64,000 bases of DNA from an uncultured delta proteobacterium (GCA_963716725.1 CAVQUB010000002.1:320001-384000), one strand, 5' to 3'. Counted from the first letter of the stretch, positions 51,326-62,695 are shown. Notes: a model not told the origin generated them from the letters alone. Numbers and translations: made by a program.

Positions 51326-54300
51326 TCAGCCTTTGAGCTCGGCCAAGAGCTGCTTCGCCTTTTCGAGGCCGTCGTCAGCTTGAATCGCTCGCTCGAGCAT
51401 CTGAATGGCCTTGGGCTTCTCGTCTTGCTTGGCGTGGATCTCGCCTAGATGGAAGAAGACCTCGGCCTTGGTGATCGGCGAGTCGCTGTCGAGCTTCTGC
51501 AAGAGCAGAGCTCGGAACATCTGCATGGCTTTCTTGAGATCGTCGACACGAATGGCCACGAGCCCGAGCGCCTTCAACACATGGACATTTCCGGGCTCGA
51601 TACGGAAGGCCTTGTCGAGCTCGCCCAACGCCTTTTCGGTGTCGCCGTCGGCGAGGTGAGCATCGGCCAGGCGACGGTGGATCTCCCCGAGCTCCTTGGA
51701 GCGTTTGCCACCGTAGCTGTCCACGATCTTCTGCAGTACTTCGGCCGCGGCCTTGCCTTTGCCGGACGCGCTGTAGGCGTCGCAGAGCAAGAGCAAGAGC
51801 TCCCGGTCGTCCGGGCGCAGGGCGCTCGCGCGCTCCAAAACCAGCGCCGACTCGGCCCAATCTTTGCGCTTTGCGGCGTGGGTGTCGGCAGCGCGCCGGA
51901 GCAACGCGACCTGTTCGTCGACCGACGTCGCGAGCTCGGCGTCGGTGATCAAGTGGGCGGCGAGCTTGTCCCAGGACTCGCTCTCCTGATGGAGCGCGAG
52001 CAGACGCTCTCGGACTTCTCGCTGGGTCTTGTCGACCTCCAGAGCGCGTTCGAGGGCGGCGGCCGCCGAGAGCTTGTCGCCCAGGGTCTCGTGCACATCC
52101 GCAAGCGTGCCGCACAGGCGCACTGCCTCGTCGCCGGTACTCACGGCGATCAAGCGGTCAAGGACGCTCGCGGCGGCCGCCAGCTCGTTGCCGGCTTGGT
52201 GGAGCCGGGCAAGCGCCTCGAGCGCGCCACGGTGCGAGCCGTCGCGCTCGAGCACGGTCTGGTAGGTCGCAATGGCCTTGGTACGGTCCTGGATCCGGGT
52301 GTCGTAGATCTCACCGAGCCGCACCTGGAAGCGCAGCTCGGCTTGGGTATCACCGCGCTGGCGGGCCCCCTCGATCTGAGCGGAGAGCAACTCCGCTAGC
52401 TCCTCGTCGCGGTGCGCCTTTTCGTAGAGCTCGCTCAAGGTCACGACGGCGTCGCCGTTGCCCGCGTCGTCGTCCAGCACGATCCGAAGCAGTTCGACCG
52501 CGGTGTCGATGGCCTCGAAGCGCTCGACGTTCAGCCTGGCAAGCTCGATTCGAAGGGCGCTCCGGTCCGCCGGCGCGTCGCACAGATTGACCAAGCGCTC
52601 GAGCAGCTGACCGAGGTTCTCCCAGCGCTCGGACGCGCCGTAGAGCTCTCTCAGCGCGCTAGACGCGACGCGGTCCTGGGGATCGTCCTCGAAGAGCTGC
52701 TCGTAAAGGGTGATGGCGTCCTCGAGCTGGGAGAGCTCGTGCCGCGCAATCCGCGCGGCGCGGTGCCTGAGCTCGCGCACGATGCTGCCCGTCGCGCCGA
52801 TTTCGGCTCGACGCGTGAGCAGCTGGAACGTCTCGGGGAAATCCCCGGCGCGCTCTCGGAGTTCGATGAGCTCCGAAAGTCCCCACAAACTCGCGTCGTC
52901 GTGCGCGAGCAACTCGCGGACCAACGCCTCCGCCAGCGCTGGGTCCTGGAGGCCATCCGCGAGCCCCTTGGCTTCGCGATGGAAGTCCTCGCGTCGGCTG
53001 TCGTCGGACTGGAGCTTGGCCCGTCGGCGCAGGGTCTCGATCAGATCGCGTTCGCGACCGGCGGTTCGCTGGAGCTGCTCGATCAGCACCAACACGTCGT
53101 CGCTGCTCGGGTCGACCTCGAGGGCCTTGGCCAGCGACCGCTCGGCAGCGGCGGAGTCTTCCATCTTGTCGCGTTGCCAAGTGGCGACACGCACACACAG
53201 GTCCCGCGCGAACTCGCGACCCAGGTCCGGGTTTTCGTCGACCGCGGCTCGGAGCGCCGCCGCTGCGCCCTCCCAGTTGTTGGTGATGGCCGCCAAGCGC
53301 TCGATCTCGTCGAGTAGCGACGAGTCCGAAGGATCGTCACTCAACCCCTGCTGCAGGACACGTTGGGCGGCGCCCGCGTCCTTCGCGTCGTCCTCCAGCA
53401 CGCGCGCCAGGCTCTTGCGCATGTCGATGCGCTGCTCCCGGCTCTCGGCGTATCCGACGCGTTTCTCGTAGAGCGACGCCAGGCGATCGGTCTTGCCGCG
53501 TTGGCGGTAGACGGACTCGAGGACCTCCGCGGCCTCCTCGAACAAATCGCGCTCCGCGGTCAGCTTCTCGAGCTCCTCGGCGGCGCCGTCGTGCTCGGGC
53601 GCGCGCTCTATCGTCATGCGGAACGACGCGAGCGCTCGGGCGGACTCCTTGAAGTCCCGCACCTGGATCACCCCGAGGCGGTGATAGAGCTCGGCCTGCC
53701 CCGCGTCCGAGGACTCGAGGGCGATGCGCCGCTCGACGACGTCCGCCAGAGCCTGGGCGTTGCCCATCTTCCCGTGCAGGCGATCCAGGGACTCGAGCAA
53801 CCCCGGCTCTTCGCCCGCTTGCTCGAGGGCGTGGCCGTAGGCCTCGACGGCCCGCGCGTCGTTCGAGAGTCGCTCCTCGGCGATGCGCCCGAGTCGCGAC
53901 CAGAGCTCCTTGGCGACCTCGGGTTCGAAGGTGCTACTCGCGCGTTCGGCGAGGGCGTCGGCGTACGAGCCCCAGCCGTTGCTGGCCGCGCACAATCGCT
54001 CGATTTCCCCGTGCAAGTCGCCGTCGTCGGGCCGCTCGGCGAGGGCCCGCAAGAGAGCGGCCTGGGCGTCGGCGGGGCGACTCAGCTTGGCATCCAAGAC
54101 CTCCGAGATGGTCCGCAGGGTTTCCGCGCGCTGATTCGGATCCGCCTCGATGCTCAGGCGCATTTCGAGAGCAGCCGTCAGCTCTTCGTGGCGCTCGGTC
54201 GCGCGCAGCACGGGCACCAAGATGCCGGTCACCGTCGCGCGCAAGTCCTCGTGTTCTCTGCCCAGCGCGAACACCCGGGACCCGGTCTCGGTATCGGTGG

Positions 54301-57300
54301 GCAGCTCGTCGAGCACCAAACGATACGCTTCGAGCGCCTCGTCGTAGCTCGTCAGCCTCTCGGCCAAGAGAGTACCCATCTCGCGCCGCAGCCGCGCGCG
54401 CTCGTCCGCCGACTCGGCGCGACTCGCTTCGAGCTTCAAGTTGTCGAGGAGCTCGGGCCACATTTCTTCGGCGCGATACAGCCGGTCCAGCTCGCGGAGC
54501 ACCTCGGGATCCGCGGCGCGGACTGCCAACGCCTGGCCCAAAAGATCGATGGCCTTCGGCCGATCCGAGAGCTTGGCTTCCTGAGTCTTGGCCGCGCGGC
54601 AGAGCAGGTCGTACTTCAAATCGGCGTCGTCTTCGCCGCAGAGGTCGACGCGGCGCTGGTACAGCTCAGCGAGCACCTCGGCCTCGCTGCCACCTTCGCG
54701 CAGTTCGATCAGGCAATCGACGGTAAAGGCACTCTCTGCGTCGAGCTCGAGCGCCCTTTCGTAGGCGACGATGGCGCCCGGAACGTCCTCGAGCATGTCG
54801 CGCTTGGCCTCGCCCACTCGCCGGAACAGGCTGGCACGCTCGTCGTCGTCCAGAACGTACTCGGCCTTCGAGGAGAGCACATTGACCAGCACTGCCCAGT
54901 CGCTGAGCAGCGTCGCCAACATCTCCATCCGAGCCAGCACCTCGACGTCGGACTCGTCCACCTGACGCATTCGCTCGTAGGCACTCAGCGCCGCTCGCGG
55001 ATCGTCGCGGCGGGTATCGTGGACCTCCGCGATTTTCGCCAAGAGCTCTCGGCGCGACACCAAATCGGGATTCTGTTCGAGGGAAGCCTCGTAGCTCTCC
55101 GTCAGCTTGTCCCAACCGTTCGTGAGCTCGGTCAGCCGCTCGAACTCGGTGCGTGTCTCGCCGTCGTCGGGGTCGAGCCCCACCGCGACGCGTAGCGCAC
55201 GGCACGCCCGCTCGGCGTCGCGGCCGCGCTCCTCCCAGAGGCGGGCCGTCTCCCTGAGGACCGCGACCTTTTCCGGTGGCGACTCCGCCAACGCGTAGCG
55301 GTCCTCGTTGAGGCGCACCAGACGCTTCCAGTCGTCCGCGCCTTCGTAAAGCGGGCGCAGGATCTCGACCACCCGCAGCTTGAGGCCCTCGTGCTCCAGG
55401 AGTCTCTCCAACTCGGAGACCGACTCCGGGTGCCCGGGCACGCTGCGCACGATCTCTTCGAGCTGGTCCACCGCGCGATCGGGCTCCCGGAGCTCCTTCA
55501 AATAGAGACGCGCCAGCGCCAGGCGGCCGGGCGCCGCGACCTCGGGATCGAGGGCGCTCTCGGCCCGGCGCAGGTAGAGCTCGGCCAGGTCGGTCCAACG
55601 CTCACGCTCGCGATAGAGTTCCGTGAGCGCGTTCAGCGTTCGCTCGTCACGTTCATCGACGTCGAGCGCCGCACGATACGTCTCGATGGCGGCATCGGCG
55701 TTGCCCATCCGCGTTCGCTCTAGCTCCGCCACTACATGCAGCGCGGCTAGCCGGTCGGCCGGTTCGAAGCGATGGTCGAGCGCCGCGCGATAGTGTTCCA
55801 CCCGTTCCGCAGCGCGGTCCGTCTTGACCAAAATGGCGTCGACGGAGTCGAAGAGCTCTCGACTCTCGGGCTCGAAGGCCAGCGCACGCCGCGAAAAGAC
55901 CAGCGCGCGCTCGTGATCGCCGAGTTCGGCGAAGATCTCGCCCGTGCGCCGCGCGAGCGCCGCCGTAGCCGGTTCGTCCGTGACGATGTTCTCGAGCTCC
56001 GCCGCGTAGATCTCGGCCAGGCGTCTCTCGGCTCCAGCGACCTTGGCCAGGCGCTCGAGCTCCGTGATGCTCGAGCTGTCCGAGAGATCTTCGTGCAGCA
56101 ACTTCGCCGTGGTCTCCAGTGCCGCGACGTAGTCTTCCTTCTGCTCCTCGTAGAGCTGAGCCAGACGCGACAGGAGCTCGCGGCGTTCGTCGGGGTCTTG
56201 GCTGACCTCGAGCCGGGCTTGGATCGTCGCCATGACGTTGCTGAAGTCGGCCCGCAACAAATAGACGGGTTCCAGGATGCCGGCGGCGCGAGCCCGGTGC
56301 TCTGCGTCGTCCCCGCTCGTCATCAGCGCCTCGAGCTCTGCGATGGCTCCTGCGTGCTGCTTCTCGGCGCCAAGCGCTTCTTCGAGTTCGTCGAAGGCTC
56401 GCGGGACTTCTTGCATGCGCTGGGCGAGCACCCGCGCCATCTTCACGTGCAAGTCAGCCGGGACGCCCTTGCCTGCGTCGAGCTGGCGCCGACACAGGTC
56501 GACCCAGTCCTGCCAGCGCTCCTCTAGAGCGTAGAGCGACTCGAGCGCGTGAAGCGCGTCCTCCTCGAGGGCAATATCCAGAATCGACTCGTAGGCGCTG
56601 ACGGCCCCTGCGTTGTCGTTCAACGAATCGGAGAGCAGCCGGGCCTTCCGGTACGACAGCGCCTTTCGCTCGTCGTCTGTCTCGGCGCTCTCGATGCGCC
56701 GCTCGAAGATGCCGAGCAGAGCCGGCGAGTCGCCTTCTTCTTCGTAGAGCGACTCGAGCGCGAGCAGCGCGTGGCGGTCCTCGGCCCGGAGCTCCAGAGC
56801 CTTTTCGTAGTACTCACGCGCCAGCTTCTTGTCCGAGAGCTTTTGCCGAGCGGCGTCAGCGATCTTGAGCGTGACAGACAGCTGCAGATCTCCGTCGAAG
56901 ATGTTGGGAACGACGTCGCAGAGCAACTTGACCTGATCGGCGTGTCGCCCCGCGGCGCTCGCCGTCCGCTCCAGATGGTTGAGCCAAACGCCGAGGTCGG
57001 TGTGTCCGACGGCTTCCCGGAGCGCACGCTCTGCGAAGTCGTAGGCGCGACGAGGGTCTTCCAGCGAGTGCTCGGCGATGTGCAGCGCCTTCTCGAGTGC
57101 CTCCACCTTCTCGACGGCGTCGTCGGTGGCGGCGACGTCGATTTCGATCACGCGCAAGAGCGCCTCGTGGGCTCCCTCGCCCTCGTAGATTGGATGAAGG
57201 ATCGCCGCGGACTCTCGGCGGGCGAGCGACTCCCCGGAGTCGAGCAGCTTCTCGAGGGCGGCGCGACTCGCGGAGTGCGTCGTGTCGAGGGTGAGTGCTC

Positions 57301-60300
57301 GACGATAGGCGTCGAGAGCGCCCTCGAGATCGCGAAGCTTCTCGCCTCTCAGATCGCCGAGCTTGGCCAAGAGGTCGAGTCGCTCCGCGTCACTCTGGAC
57401 GATCTCCAGATGGGCGCCGTAGGTCTCGCCGAGATCGTCCCAGCGCTCGGCTGATTGATAGAGCCGCTCGAGGGCCAGCAGGGATTCGAGCGACGAGCCG
57501 TACTCGTCGACGACCGCACGCCAAGCTTCGATGGCATCGGAGACGTTGGCGAGACGATCCGCCTGCAGCTCCGCGATGCGCACCATGAGCTTTCTCCGCA
57601 GATCGGCGTCATCGGTCACTTCCCGTCGGCGGTCGAGAATGCCGGCGAGGTCGGACCAGTTCTCCGTCTTCTGGTAGAGCGCGTCGAGGGACGCGAGCGC
57701 CAGCTCGTCGGCGGGGTTCTCTTCGAGCAGCGCCTTCCAGGCCTTGATGGCGCCGGCGTCGTCTTCGAGCACGGTTTGGTGGATTTCGCCGAGTCGCCCA
57801 AGAAGCTCGCGTCGCTTCTCGCCGTCTTGCTCGAGAACGACCTGGGTCTGGAGGACTCCGGCCAGCTTCTTGTGCTGATTCGAGGTGACGTAAATACGTT
57901 CCAGGGCCTGCGCCGCCGGTACGACCAGCTGGGCGTCCGACTCGTCGAGCTCGAGCACTCGCCGATAGGTCTCCTCGGCGCGCGGGCCGTCGTCCAGGAG
58001 ATCCTCGTGGATCGAGGCGGCCTTCATCAGGATTTCGGCCTGGAGCCCGGCCGTATCGGCCTTCTCTGCGGCCTGATTCAGGACGTCGGCGACCCGCGCG
58101 TGCGCGCCGGTGCGGCGGCCGACCTCCAGCAGGCGCTCCCGCGCTTCGGCGTCGAGCGGATCGAGGGGCACCAGCCTCGCGAGCGCTTCGAATGCCCCGG
58201 CGTCGTCGTGGAGCCGTTCGACACGAAGAGTGGAGATCCGGCGCAGGAGTTCCCGGCGCTCGTCCTCTTTCATCGCCTCGGCGTCGCCGCCGCGCATCGC
58301 TTCGTCGACCTCTTCGAGCTGGATCCCCAATACCCGGACCAGGTCACGCACCTCGTCGCGGGCCTCGTAGACCCCCTCCAAGATCTTGGCTGCGCGTCCG
58401 CGCATGCTGCCGATGCCCAAGAGCTTCTCGGCGACCTCGCGCGCGTCGTAGTCGTTGGGGCGCTCGCGCAGCACGTGCTCGACGTGACCGATGGCCCGCT
58501 CCGGGCGGTGCAGGCGATCCAACTCGATGCGAGCCAGCCGAAGCTCGATCTCCAAGAGCTCGTCGCCGGTCGCCAACTCGACTCGTCGCCCGAGCAGACC
58601 GGCGAGGTCTTCGTGGCGTTCGAGCCGCCCGTAGAGGCGGTCGAGGGCGCGGACAGCGCCGTCGTGACTCGGCTCGAGCTCGAGAATGCGTTCGTAGTGA
58701 CGGGTAGCCTTGGCCGCGTCGTCGATGATCTCTTCGCAGACCAGCGCGACCTCCACCAGCATCTCGGACTTGCGCACTGGGTCGTCGGTCGCGGCGGCCG
58801 CGCCGTCGTAGAGAGATTCGAGTTCGCTCCAACGCTCCGCCGCAGTCAGGATGTCCTTGAGACGCAGGAATGCCCGCTCGTTGCCGGGATCGAGCTTCAA
58901 CACGCGTTCGAGGTAGGGCGTCGCACCGATCGGATCGCCGAGCTTGTCTTCGTAAAGACGCGCGCCTCGCTCGCACAGCTCGATCTCGACGCCGCGGTCG
59001 AGCTCCGTGCTGAGGATCTCCCGAAAGGCCTCCGCCAGATCGGTCGGGCGACCTGCCGCCGCAGCCAGCGCCTCGGCGCGATCCCAGGCCTCGAGTTCGG
59101 TGGGGAACTCGCGAACGGCGGCCAGCATCACGTCGAGCGCGTTGCCGTGGGCGCCGAGCTTTTCGTCGTGGACCTGCGCCAGTCGAGAATAGATGTCCAG
59201 GCGCTCCGCCGGATCCTGCGCCTGAGCGAGCATCACGGACAGCGCTTGCGTCTCGCGCCGCGCGTCTCCGCCGCTCGCATATTGCGTCGCCAGGACCTCC
59301 GCCGCCCGCACGCGGGTGGAGTCTCGCTCCATCAGCTTTTCGAGCACGCTGATCGCTCGCGGGTTGCCGGGCGTCAGCTCCAACGCCCGCACGGCCGAGT
59401 TGAGGGCGTCGTCGAAGCGCTCGAGGCGCAGCATGTACAGCTCGCTGAGCTCGACCTCACGTTGCGCGAGATCGTCGCCGGCCAGACGGTCACGATGCTT
59501 CTCGATCACGAGAGCCGCCCCCGCGGCGTCATCGCTCAGGAGCAAGAGCCGGGGTAGCGCACGCATCGCGTTGGCGTCGCCGGCATCGAGTTCGATCACG
59601 CGTCGGTACAGGTCGACGGCCCGCTCTTGCGACTCGAAGACGTCTTCTTCGAGGGTGGCCCAGTCGCTCAGGATCTGCACCTGCTCGGCCTCGCCTCGAG
59701 CGCTCTGCACCCTCAGCTCGAGCAGCCAACGCAGATCATCGCGACGATCGTGCTGACGCAACAGCGCCTCGAGGGCGCCCGCGGCGTCCGCGTCCGCAGC
59801 GTCGCGCTCCAGGAGTCCCTTGTACATGGCGATGGCGTCGTCGGTGCGCCCGAGCTCCGATGCGTACAACCCAGCGAGTTTGAGCGACAGCGCCCGATGC
59901 TCGACGTCCATGATCGCCGAAGCGCGGGCCGCGACGCCGTCGGGCACGGTGACTGCTTCGTCCCGCCCCTTCTTCTTGCCGCGCTTCTTGCCCTTCTCGG
60001 CCGGAGGCGCTTCCGCGTCGGCGGTGGTCGCACGCGGCATCGACGCGATGCGCGCCTCGAGAGCACCCGCCAGCTCGCCAAATGCCTGGGCCGCGCGCGC
60101 GGTTTCTTCGAGCAGAGCCAGGGCCTCGGCGCTGCTGGGCGAAAGCTCGTAGGCGCGCCGGGCGTAACCCGCCGCCGCCTTCTTGTCGGCGAGCTTGTGG
60201 CTCGCCACGTCCACGAGCTTGGTGAGCCACTCGAGCTTGTCAGTTCCCGCCTCGGCCCGCTCTGCCAAAATCTCGTACAGCGCCGGCAGCCGCGCCCACT

Positions 60301-62695
60301 TCTGGTCGTGTTCGTAGAGCGGGATCAGCGCCTTGGCCGCCCGCGCGTCGGTCGGATCCACCGAAAGCACGCGTTCATAGGAGCGAAACGCGCGATCGGG
60401 TTGGCCCAGCTTGTCTTCGAGGATCGCGGCGGCGCGATACGAGAGGTCGACCTTGGCGGCGTCGTCCTTCGCGCGGTCCGCGGCGGCGCTCAGCACTTCG
60501 GCCAGACCCTCCCAGTCGTCTTGCGAGGCGTACAGGCTCTCGAGGCCGTCGAAATCGGAGCCAGAAAGGTAGGCGTCGCGGAGCACGCGCAGCGCGCGCG
60601 GGTGCCCCGGCTGAAGCTCGAGCACGCGGCGCCACGCGCCGGCCGCAGCGGCGTGGTCCGTGAGCTGGTCGGCGTACACTCCGCCGAGCTTCTGGAGCAC
60701 GGTGAGCCGCTGAGCCTCGTCGCTGGTCGCGTCCACGCGCTTCTCGAGCACCGACGCCAGCGTTGCCCAGTCGCGGCTGCGCTCCGCGTGCTTCTCGAGC
60801 GCGTCGAGCACTTCACTGCGACCCGGGTCGAGCTCGAGAAGTCGCTTGAAGATCTCGACGGCCTCGGCGCCGCGGTTGAGTCTCTCTGCCGCCAGCTGAG
60901 CCATCTCCGAGAGAAGGGGGATCTTGGCGCTACCCTCCAGGTCGGCGACCTCGCGCTCGTAGAGGTCGTAGAGCGCGGGCCACGCGCGGCGCTTCTTGTA
61001 CAGCTCGGCGAGCCGCTCCCGAGCTTCGGCGTCTCTCGGCTCGACCACGAGCAGCGCCTCGTAGGCGTCCGTCGCGTTTTGCACGTTGGAGAACTGCTCC
61101 AGCCATCGGCGGGCAACGGCGCGGTAGAGTTCCTTCTTTTCCTCGATGTCGGGCGTGATTTCCGCGAGTCGGAGCTGATTGGTCAGCAGATCACGCCAAC
61201 GCTGCAGCTTCTCGTAGAGCTGCACCAACTCGCGCACTTCTTGGACGTCGTTCTCGTCCAGCTTCTCGTCGAGTTGGACAATCTGATTGAGCACGCTGAC
61301 CAGCGCCGTGTCGCTCTTGAGATGCGCCCGGTAGACGGTGGCGACTTCGCGCAAGATGACGACGCGTGCCGCCAAATCCGTAGCATCGGTCCGCTCCAGC
61401 TCCTGGCGCAACAACTCGACCAGCGCGTTGTAGCCCTGGGTCTGCTTGTACAGCCGCTTCAGCGCATCGCGCGCCTCGACGTTGCTCGGCTCCTGGCGCA
61501 GCACGCCCTTGTACTGCTCGATGGCCTTTTGCGCGTTGGCTTGGCCCTCCGCCAGGCGTGCAATCTCGGTGCTCAGCGCCGTCTTTTCGGACCCATCCTT
61601 CATGGCGCGCTGAGCAGCCCCGAGCACGTCCATCAGTCGCTTCTCGTCCTGCTCGACGGTGGCGTACTCGCGGTAGAACTCGAGCACCAGAGGCTGCGTC
61701 GGTTCGACGCGCGCGATGCGCTCGAACCAGCTCTCGGCCTCGTGCACTCGCGCGGCCTTCTTCCAGAGCAGCATCGCGATCTGGAGCATGTCGCCCAAGC
61801 GATCCGGACTGGCCTGCTCTCGCCCCTTCAAGTCGCGCTCGTAGAGCGCGACCAGGTCGTCCCAACGCTCGCTGCTCTCGTAGAGTTCGCCCAGGTAGCG
61901 CATGGCTTCGGCGTGATCGGCTTGGTCCTTGAGCACGCGCTCATAGGCCTTGGCGGCGCGCTCGGCGTCCTCCAGGCGACCCTTGAACGTGCGCGCCAGG
62001 CGGACGCCCGCCTCGACGCGATCCTTGGGTGATTCCGCGCGATCGGCCATGCGCTCGAGGGCGCGCACGACGTCCTGCCAGCGCCCACCCTGCCGGAGCA
62101 CCCGCTCCAGCATCTTGCCCGCGCGCACGTTGGTAGGATCCAGGCGCACGGCCTGTTCCAGGCGCTCGGCGATGGTCTTCGGATCCGCAGCCTCGGCGCC
62201 AAAGCGCAGCTCCATCTCGGCCGCGCGCATGAGCATCGAGCTCTTGTAGACGTCGTCCGGTGCCTGCTCCGCCTCGCCCAGGTAGGTCGTGACGAGATCT
62301 CGCCAGCGCCCGCGCTTGCCTTCGCTCTCCTCGACCGACTCGACCACGGCGCTGTCGTTCGGAACCAACTCGAGGTAGCGACGCGCGCCGCGAAGCGCCG
62401 CGTCTTCGTCGAAGAGCTCGTCGCGCTGCACGCGAATTCGCTCCTTCACGAGCTCGGCTTCTCGCTCGCTCGCCCTCGCCACCGGGAGCGCGACTTCGAG
62501 CAGACGCAGCACTGCGTCCCACTCGCCGCGGTCGGCGTGGCGCGAACGCGCCGCGTCGAGCAGGTGAAGGAGATCGGCCCCCTCGAGGTCGCGGTCGTCC
62601 GCGTCGACCGAGGCGGTCAATGCGTCCCACGCGGACGAGAGGTCGGGGTCGTCTTGGAGCTGACCGAGGGCGGTCCGGATGGTCTGAGCGTGCAT
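51326..62695 (-). CDS. Giant TPR-repeat protein, 3789 aa (AgmK/GltI-like class)
   Basis: Uninterrupted ORF made almost entirely of A..Y...L..DP....AL..L..LY....W..L helical repeats. No signal peptide or TM seen. Confidence 0.88.
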   Translation of the reverse strand: MHAQTIRTALGQLQDDPDLSSAWDALTASVDADDRDLEGADLLHLLDAARSRHADRGEWDAVLRLLEVALPVARASEREAELVKERIRVQRDELFDEDAALRGARRYLELVPNDSAVVESVEESEGKRGRWRDLVTTYLGEAEQAPDDVYKSSMLMRAAEMELRFGAEAADPKTIAERLEQAVRLDPTNVRAGKMLERVLRQGGRWQDVVRALERMADRAESPKDRVEAGVRLARTFKGRLEDAERAAKAYERVLKDQADHAEAMRYLGELYESSERWDDLVALYERDLKGREQASPDRLGDMLQIAMLLWKKAARVHEAESWFERIARVEPTQPLVLEFYREYATVEQDEKRLMDVLGAAQRAMKDGSEKTALSTEIARLAEGQANAQKAIEQYKGVLRQEPSNVEARDALKRLYKQTQGYNALVELLRQELERTDATDLAARVVILREVATVYRAHLKSDTALVSVLNQIVQLDEKLDENDVQEVRELVQLYEKLQRWRDLLTNQLRLAEITPDIEEKKELYRAVARRWLEQFSNVQNATDAYEALLVVEPRDAEARERLAELYKKRRAWPALYDLYEREVADLEGSAKIPLLSEMAQLAAERLNRGAEAVEIFKRLLELDPGRSEVLDALEKHAERSRDWATLASVLEKRVDATSDEAQRLTVLQKLGGVYADQLTDHAAAAGAWRRVLELQPGHPRALRVLRDAYLSGSDFDGLESLYASQDDWEGLAEVLSAAADRAKDDAAKVDLSYRAAAILEDKLGQPDRAFRSYERVLSVDPTDARAAKALIPLYEHDQKWARLPALYEILAERAEAGTDKLEWLTKLVDVASHKLADKKAAAGYARRAYELSPSSAEALALLEETARAAQAFGELAGALEARIASMPRATTADAEAPPAEKGKKRGKKKGRDEAVTVPDGVAARASAIMDVEHRALSLKLAGLYASELGRTDDAIAMYKGLLERDAADADAAGALEALLRQHDRRDDLRWLLELRVQSARGEAEQVQILSDWATLEEDVFESQERAVDLYRRVIELDAGDANAMRALPRLLLLSDDAAGAALVIEKHRDRLAGDDLAQREVELSELYMLRLERFDDALNSAVRALELTPGNPRAISVLEKLMERDSTRVRAAEVLATQYASGGDARRETQALSVMLAQAQDPAERLDIYSRLAQVHDEKLGAHGNALDVMLAAVREFPTELEAWDRAEALAAAAGRPTDLAEAFREILSTELDRGVEIELCERGARLYEDKLGDPIGATPYLERVLKLDPGNERAFLRLKDILTAAERWSELESLYDGAAAATDDPVRKSEMLVEVALVCEEIIDDAAKATRHYERILELEPSHDGAVRALDRLYGRLERHEDLAGLLGRRVELATGDELLEIELRLARIELDRLHRPERAIGHVEHVLRERPNDYDAREVAEKLLGIGSMRGRAAKILEGVYEARDEVRDLVRVLGIQLEEVDEAMRGGDAEAMKEDERRELLRRISTLRVERLHDDAGAFEALARLVPLDPLDAEARERLLEVGRRTGAHARVADVLNQAAEKADTAGLQAEILMKAASIHEDLLDDGPRAEETYRRVLELDESDAQLVVPAAQALERIYVTSNQHKKLAGVLQTQVVLEQDGEKRRELLGRLGEIHQTVLEDDAGAIKAWKALLEENPADELALASLDALYQKTENWSDLAGILDRRREVTDDADLRRKLMVRIAELQADRLANVSDAIEAWRAVVDEYGSSLESLLALERLYQSAERWDDLGETYGAHLEIVQSDAERLDLLAKLGDLRGEKLRDLEGALDAYRRALTLDTTHSASRAALEKLLDSGESLARRESAAILHPIYEGEGAHEALLRVIEIDVAATDDAVEKVEALEKALHIAEHSLEDPRRAYDFAERALREAVGHTDLGVWLNHLERTASAAGRHADQVKLLCDVVPNIFDGDLQLSVTLKIADAARQKLSDKKLAREYYEKALELRAEDRHALLALESLYEEEGDSPALLGIFERRIESAETDDERKALSYRKARLLSDSLNDNAGAVSAYESILDIALEEDALHALESLYALEERWQDWVDLCRRQLDAGKGVPADLHVKMARVLAQRMQEVPRAFDELEEALGAEKQHAGAIAELEALMTSGDDAEHRARAAGILEPVYLLRADFSNVMATIQARLEVSQDPDERRELLSRLAQLYEEQKEDYVAALETTAKLLHEDLSDSSSITELERLAKVAGAERRLAEIYAAELENIVTDEPATAALARRTGEIFAELGDHERALVFSRRALAFEPESRELFDSVDAILVKTDRAAERVEHYRAALDHRFEPADRLAALHVVAELERTRMGNADAAIETYRAALDVDERDERTLNALTELYRERERWTDLAELYLRRAESALDPEVAAPGRLALARLYLKELREPDRAVDQLEEIVRSVPGHPESVSELERLLEHEGLKLRVVEILRPLYEGADDWKRLVRLNEDRYALAESPPEKVAVLRETARLWEERGRDAERACRALRVAVGLDPDDGETRTEFERLTELTNGWDKLTESYEASLEQNPDLVSRRELLAKIAEVHDTRRDDPRAALSAYERMRQVDESDVEVLARMEMLATLLSDWAVLVNVLSSKAEYVLDDDERASLFRRVGEAKRDMLEDVPGAIVAYERALELDAESAFTVDCLIELREGGSEAEVLAELYQRRVDLCGEDDADLKYDLLCRAAKTQEAKLSDRPKAIDLLGQALAVRAADPEVLRELDRLYRAEEMWPELLDNLKLEASRAESADERARLRREMGTLLAERLTSYDEALEAYRLVLDELPTDTETGSRVFALGREHEDLRATVTGILVPVLRATERHEELTAALEMRLSIEADPNQRAETLRTISEVLDAKLSRPADAQAALLRALAERPDDGDLHGEIERLCAASNGWGSYADALAERASSTFEPEVAKELWSRLGRIAEERLSNDARAVEAYGHALEQAGEEPGLLESLDRLHGKMGNAQALADVVERRIALESSDAGQAELYHRLGVIQVRDFKESARALASFRMTIERAPEHDGAAEELEKLTAERDLFEEAAEVLESVYRQRGKTDRLASLYEKRVGYAESREQRIDMRKSLARVLEDDAKDAGAAQRVLQQGLSDDPSDSSLLDEIERLAAITNNWEGAAAALRAAVDENPDLGREFARDLCVRVATWQRDKMEDSAAAERSLAKALEVDPSSDDVLVLIEQLQRTAGRERDLIETLRRRAKLQSDDSRREDFHREAKGLADGLQDPALAEALVRELLAHDDASLWGLSELIELRERAGDFPETFQLLTRRAEIGATGSIVRELRHRAARIARHELSQLEDAITLYEQLFEDDPQDRVASSALRELYGASERWENLGQLLERLVNLCDAPADRSALRIELARLNVERFEAIDTAVELLRIVLDDDAGNGDAVVTLSELYEKAHRDEELAELLSAQIEGARQRGDTQAELRFQVRLGEIYDTRIQDRTKAIATYQTVLERDGSHRGALEALARLHQAGNELAAAASVLDRLIAVSTGDEAVRLCGTLADVHETLGDKLSAAAALERALEVDKTQREVRERLLALHQESESWDKLAAHLITDAELATSVDEQVALLRRAADTHAAKRKDWAESALVLERASALRPDDRELLLLLCDAYSASGKGKAAAEVLQKIVDSYGGKRSKELGEIHRRLADAHLADGDTEKALGELDKAFRIEPGNVHVLKALGLVAIRVDDLKKAMQMFRALLLQKLDSDSPITKAEVFFHLGEIHAKQDEKPKAIQMLERAIQADDGLEKAKQLLAELKG

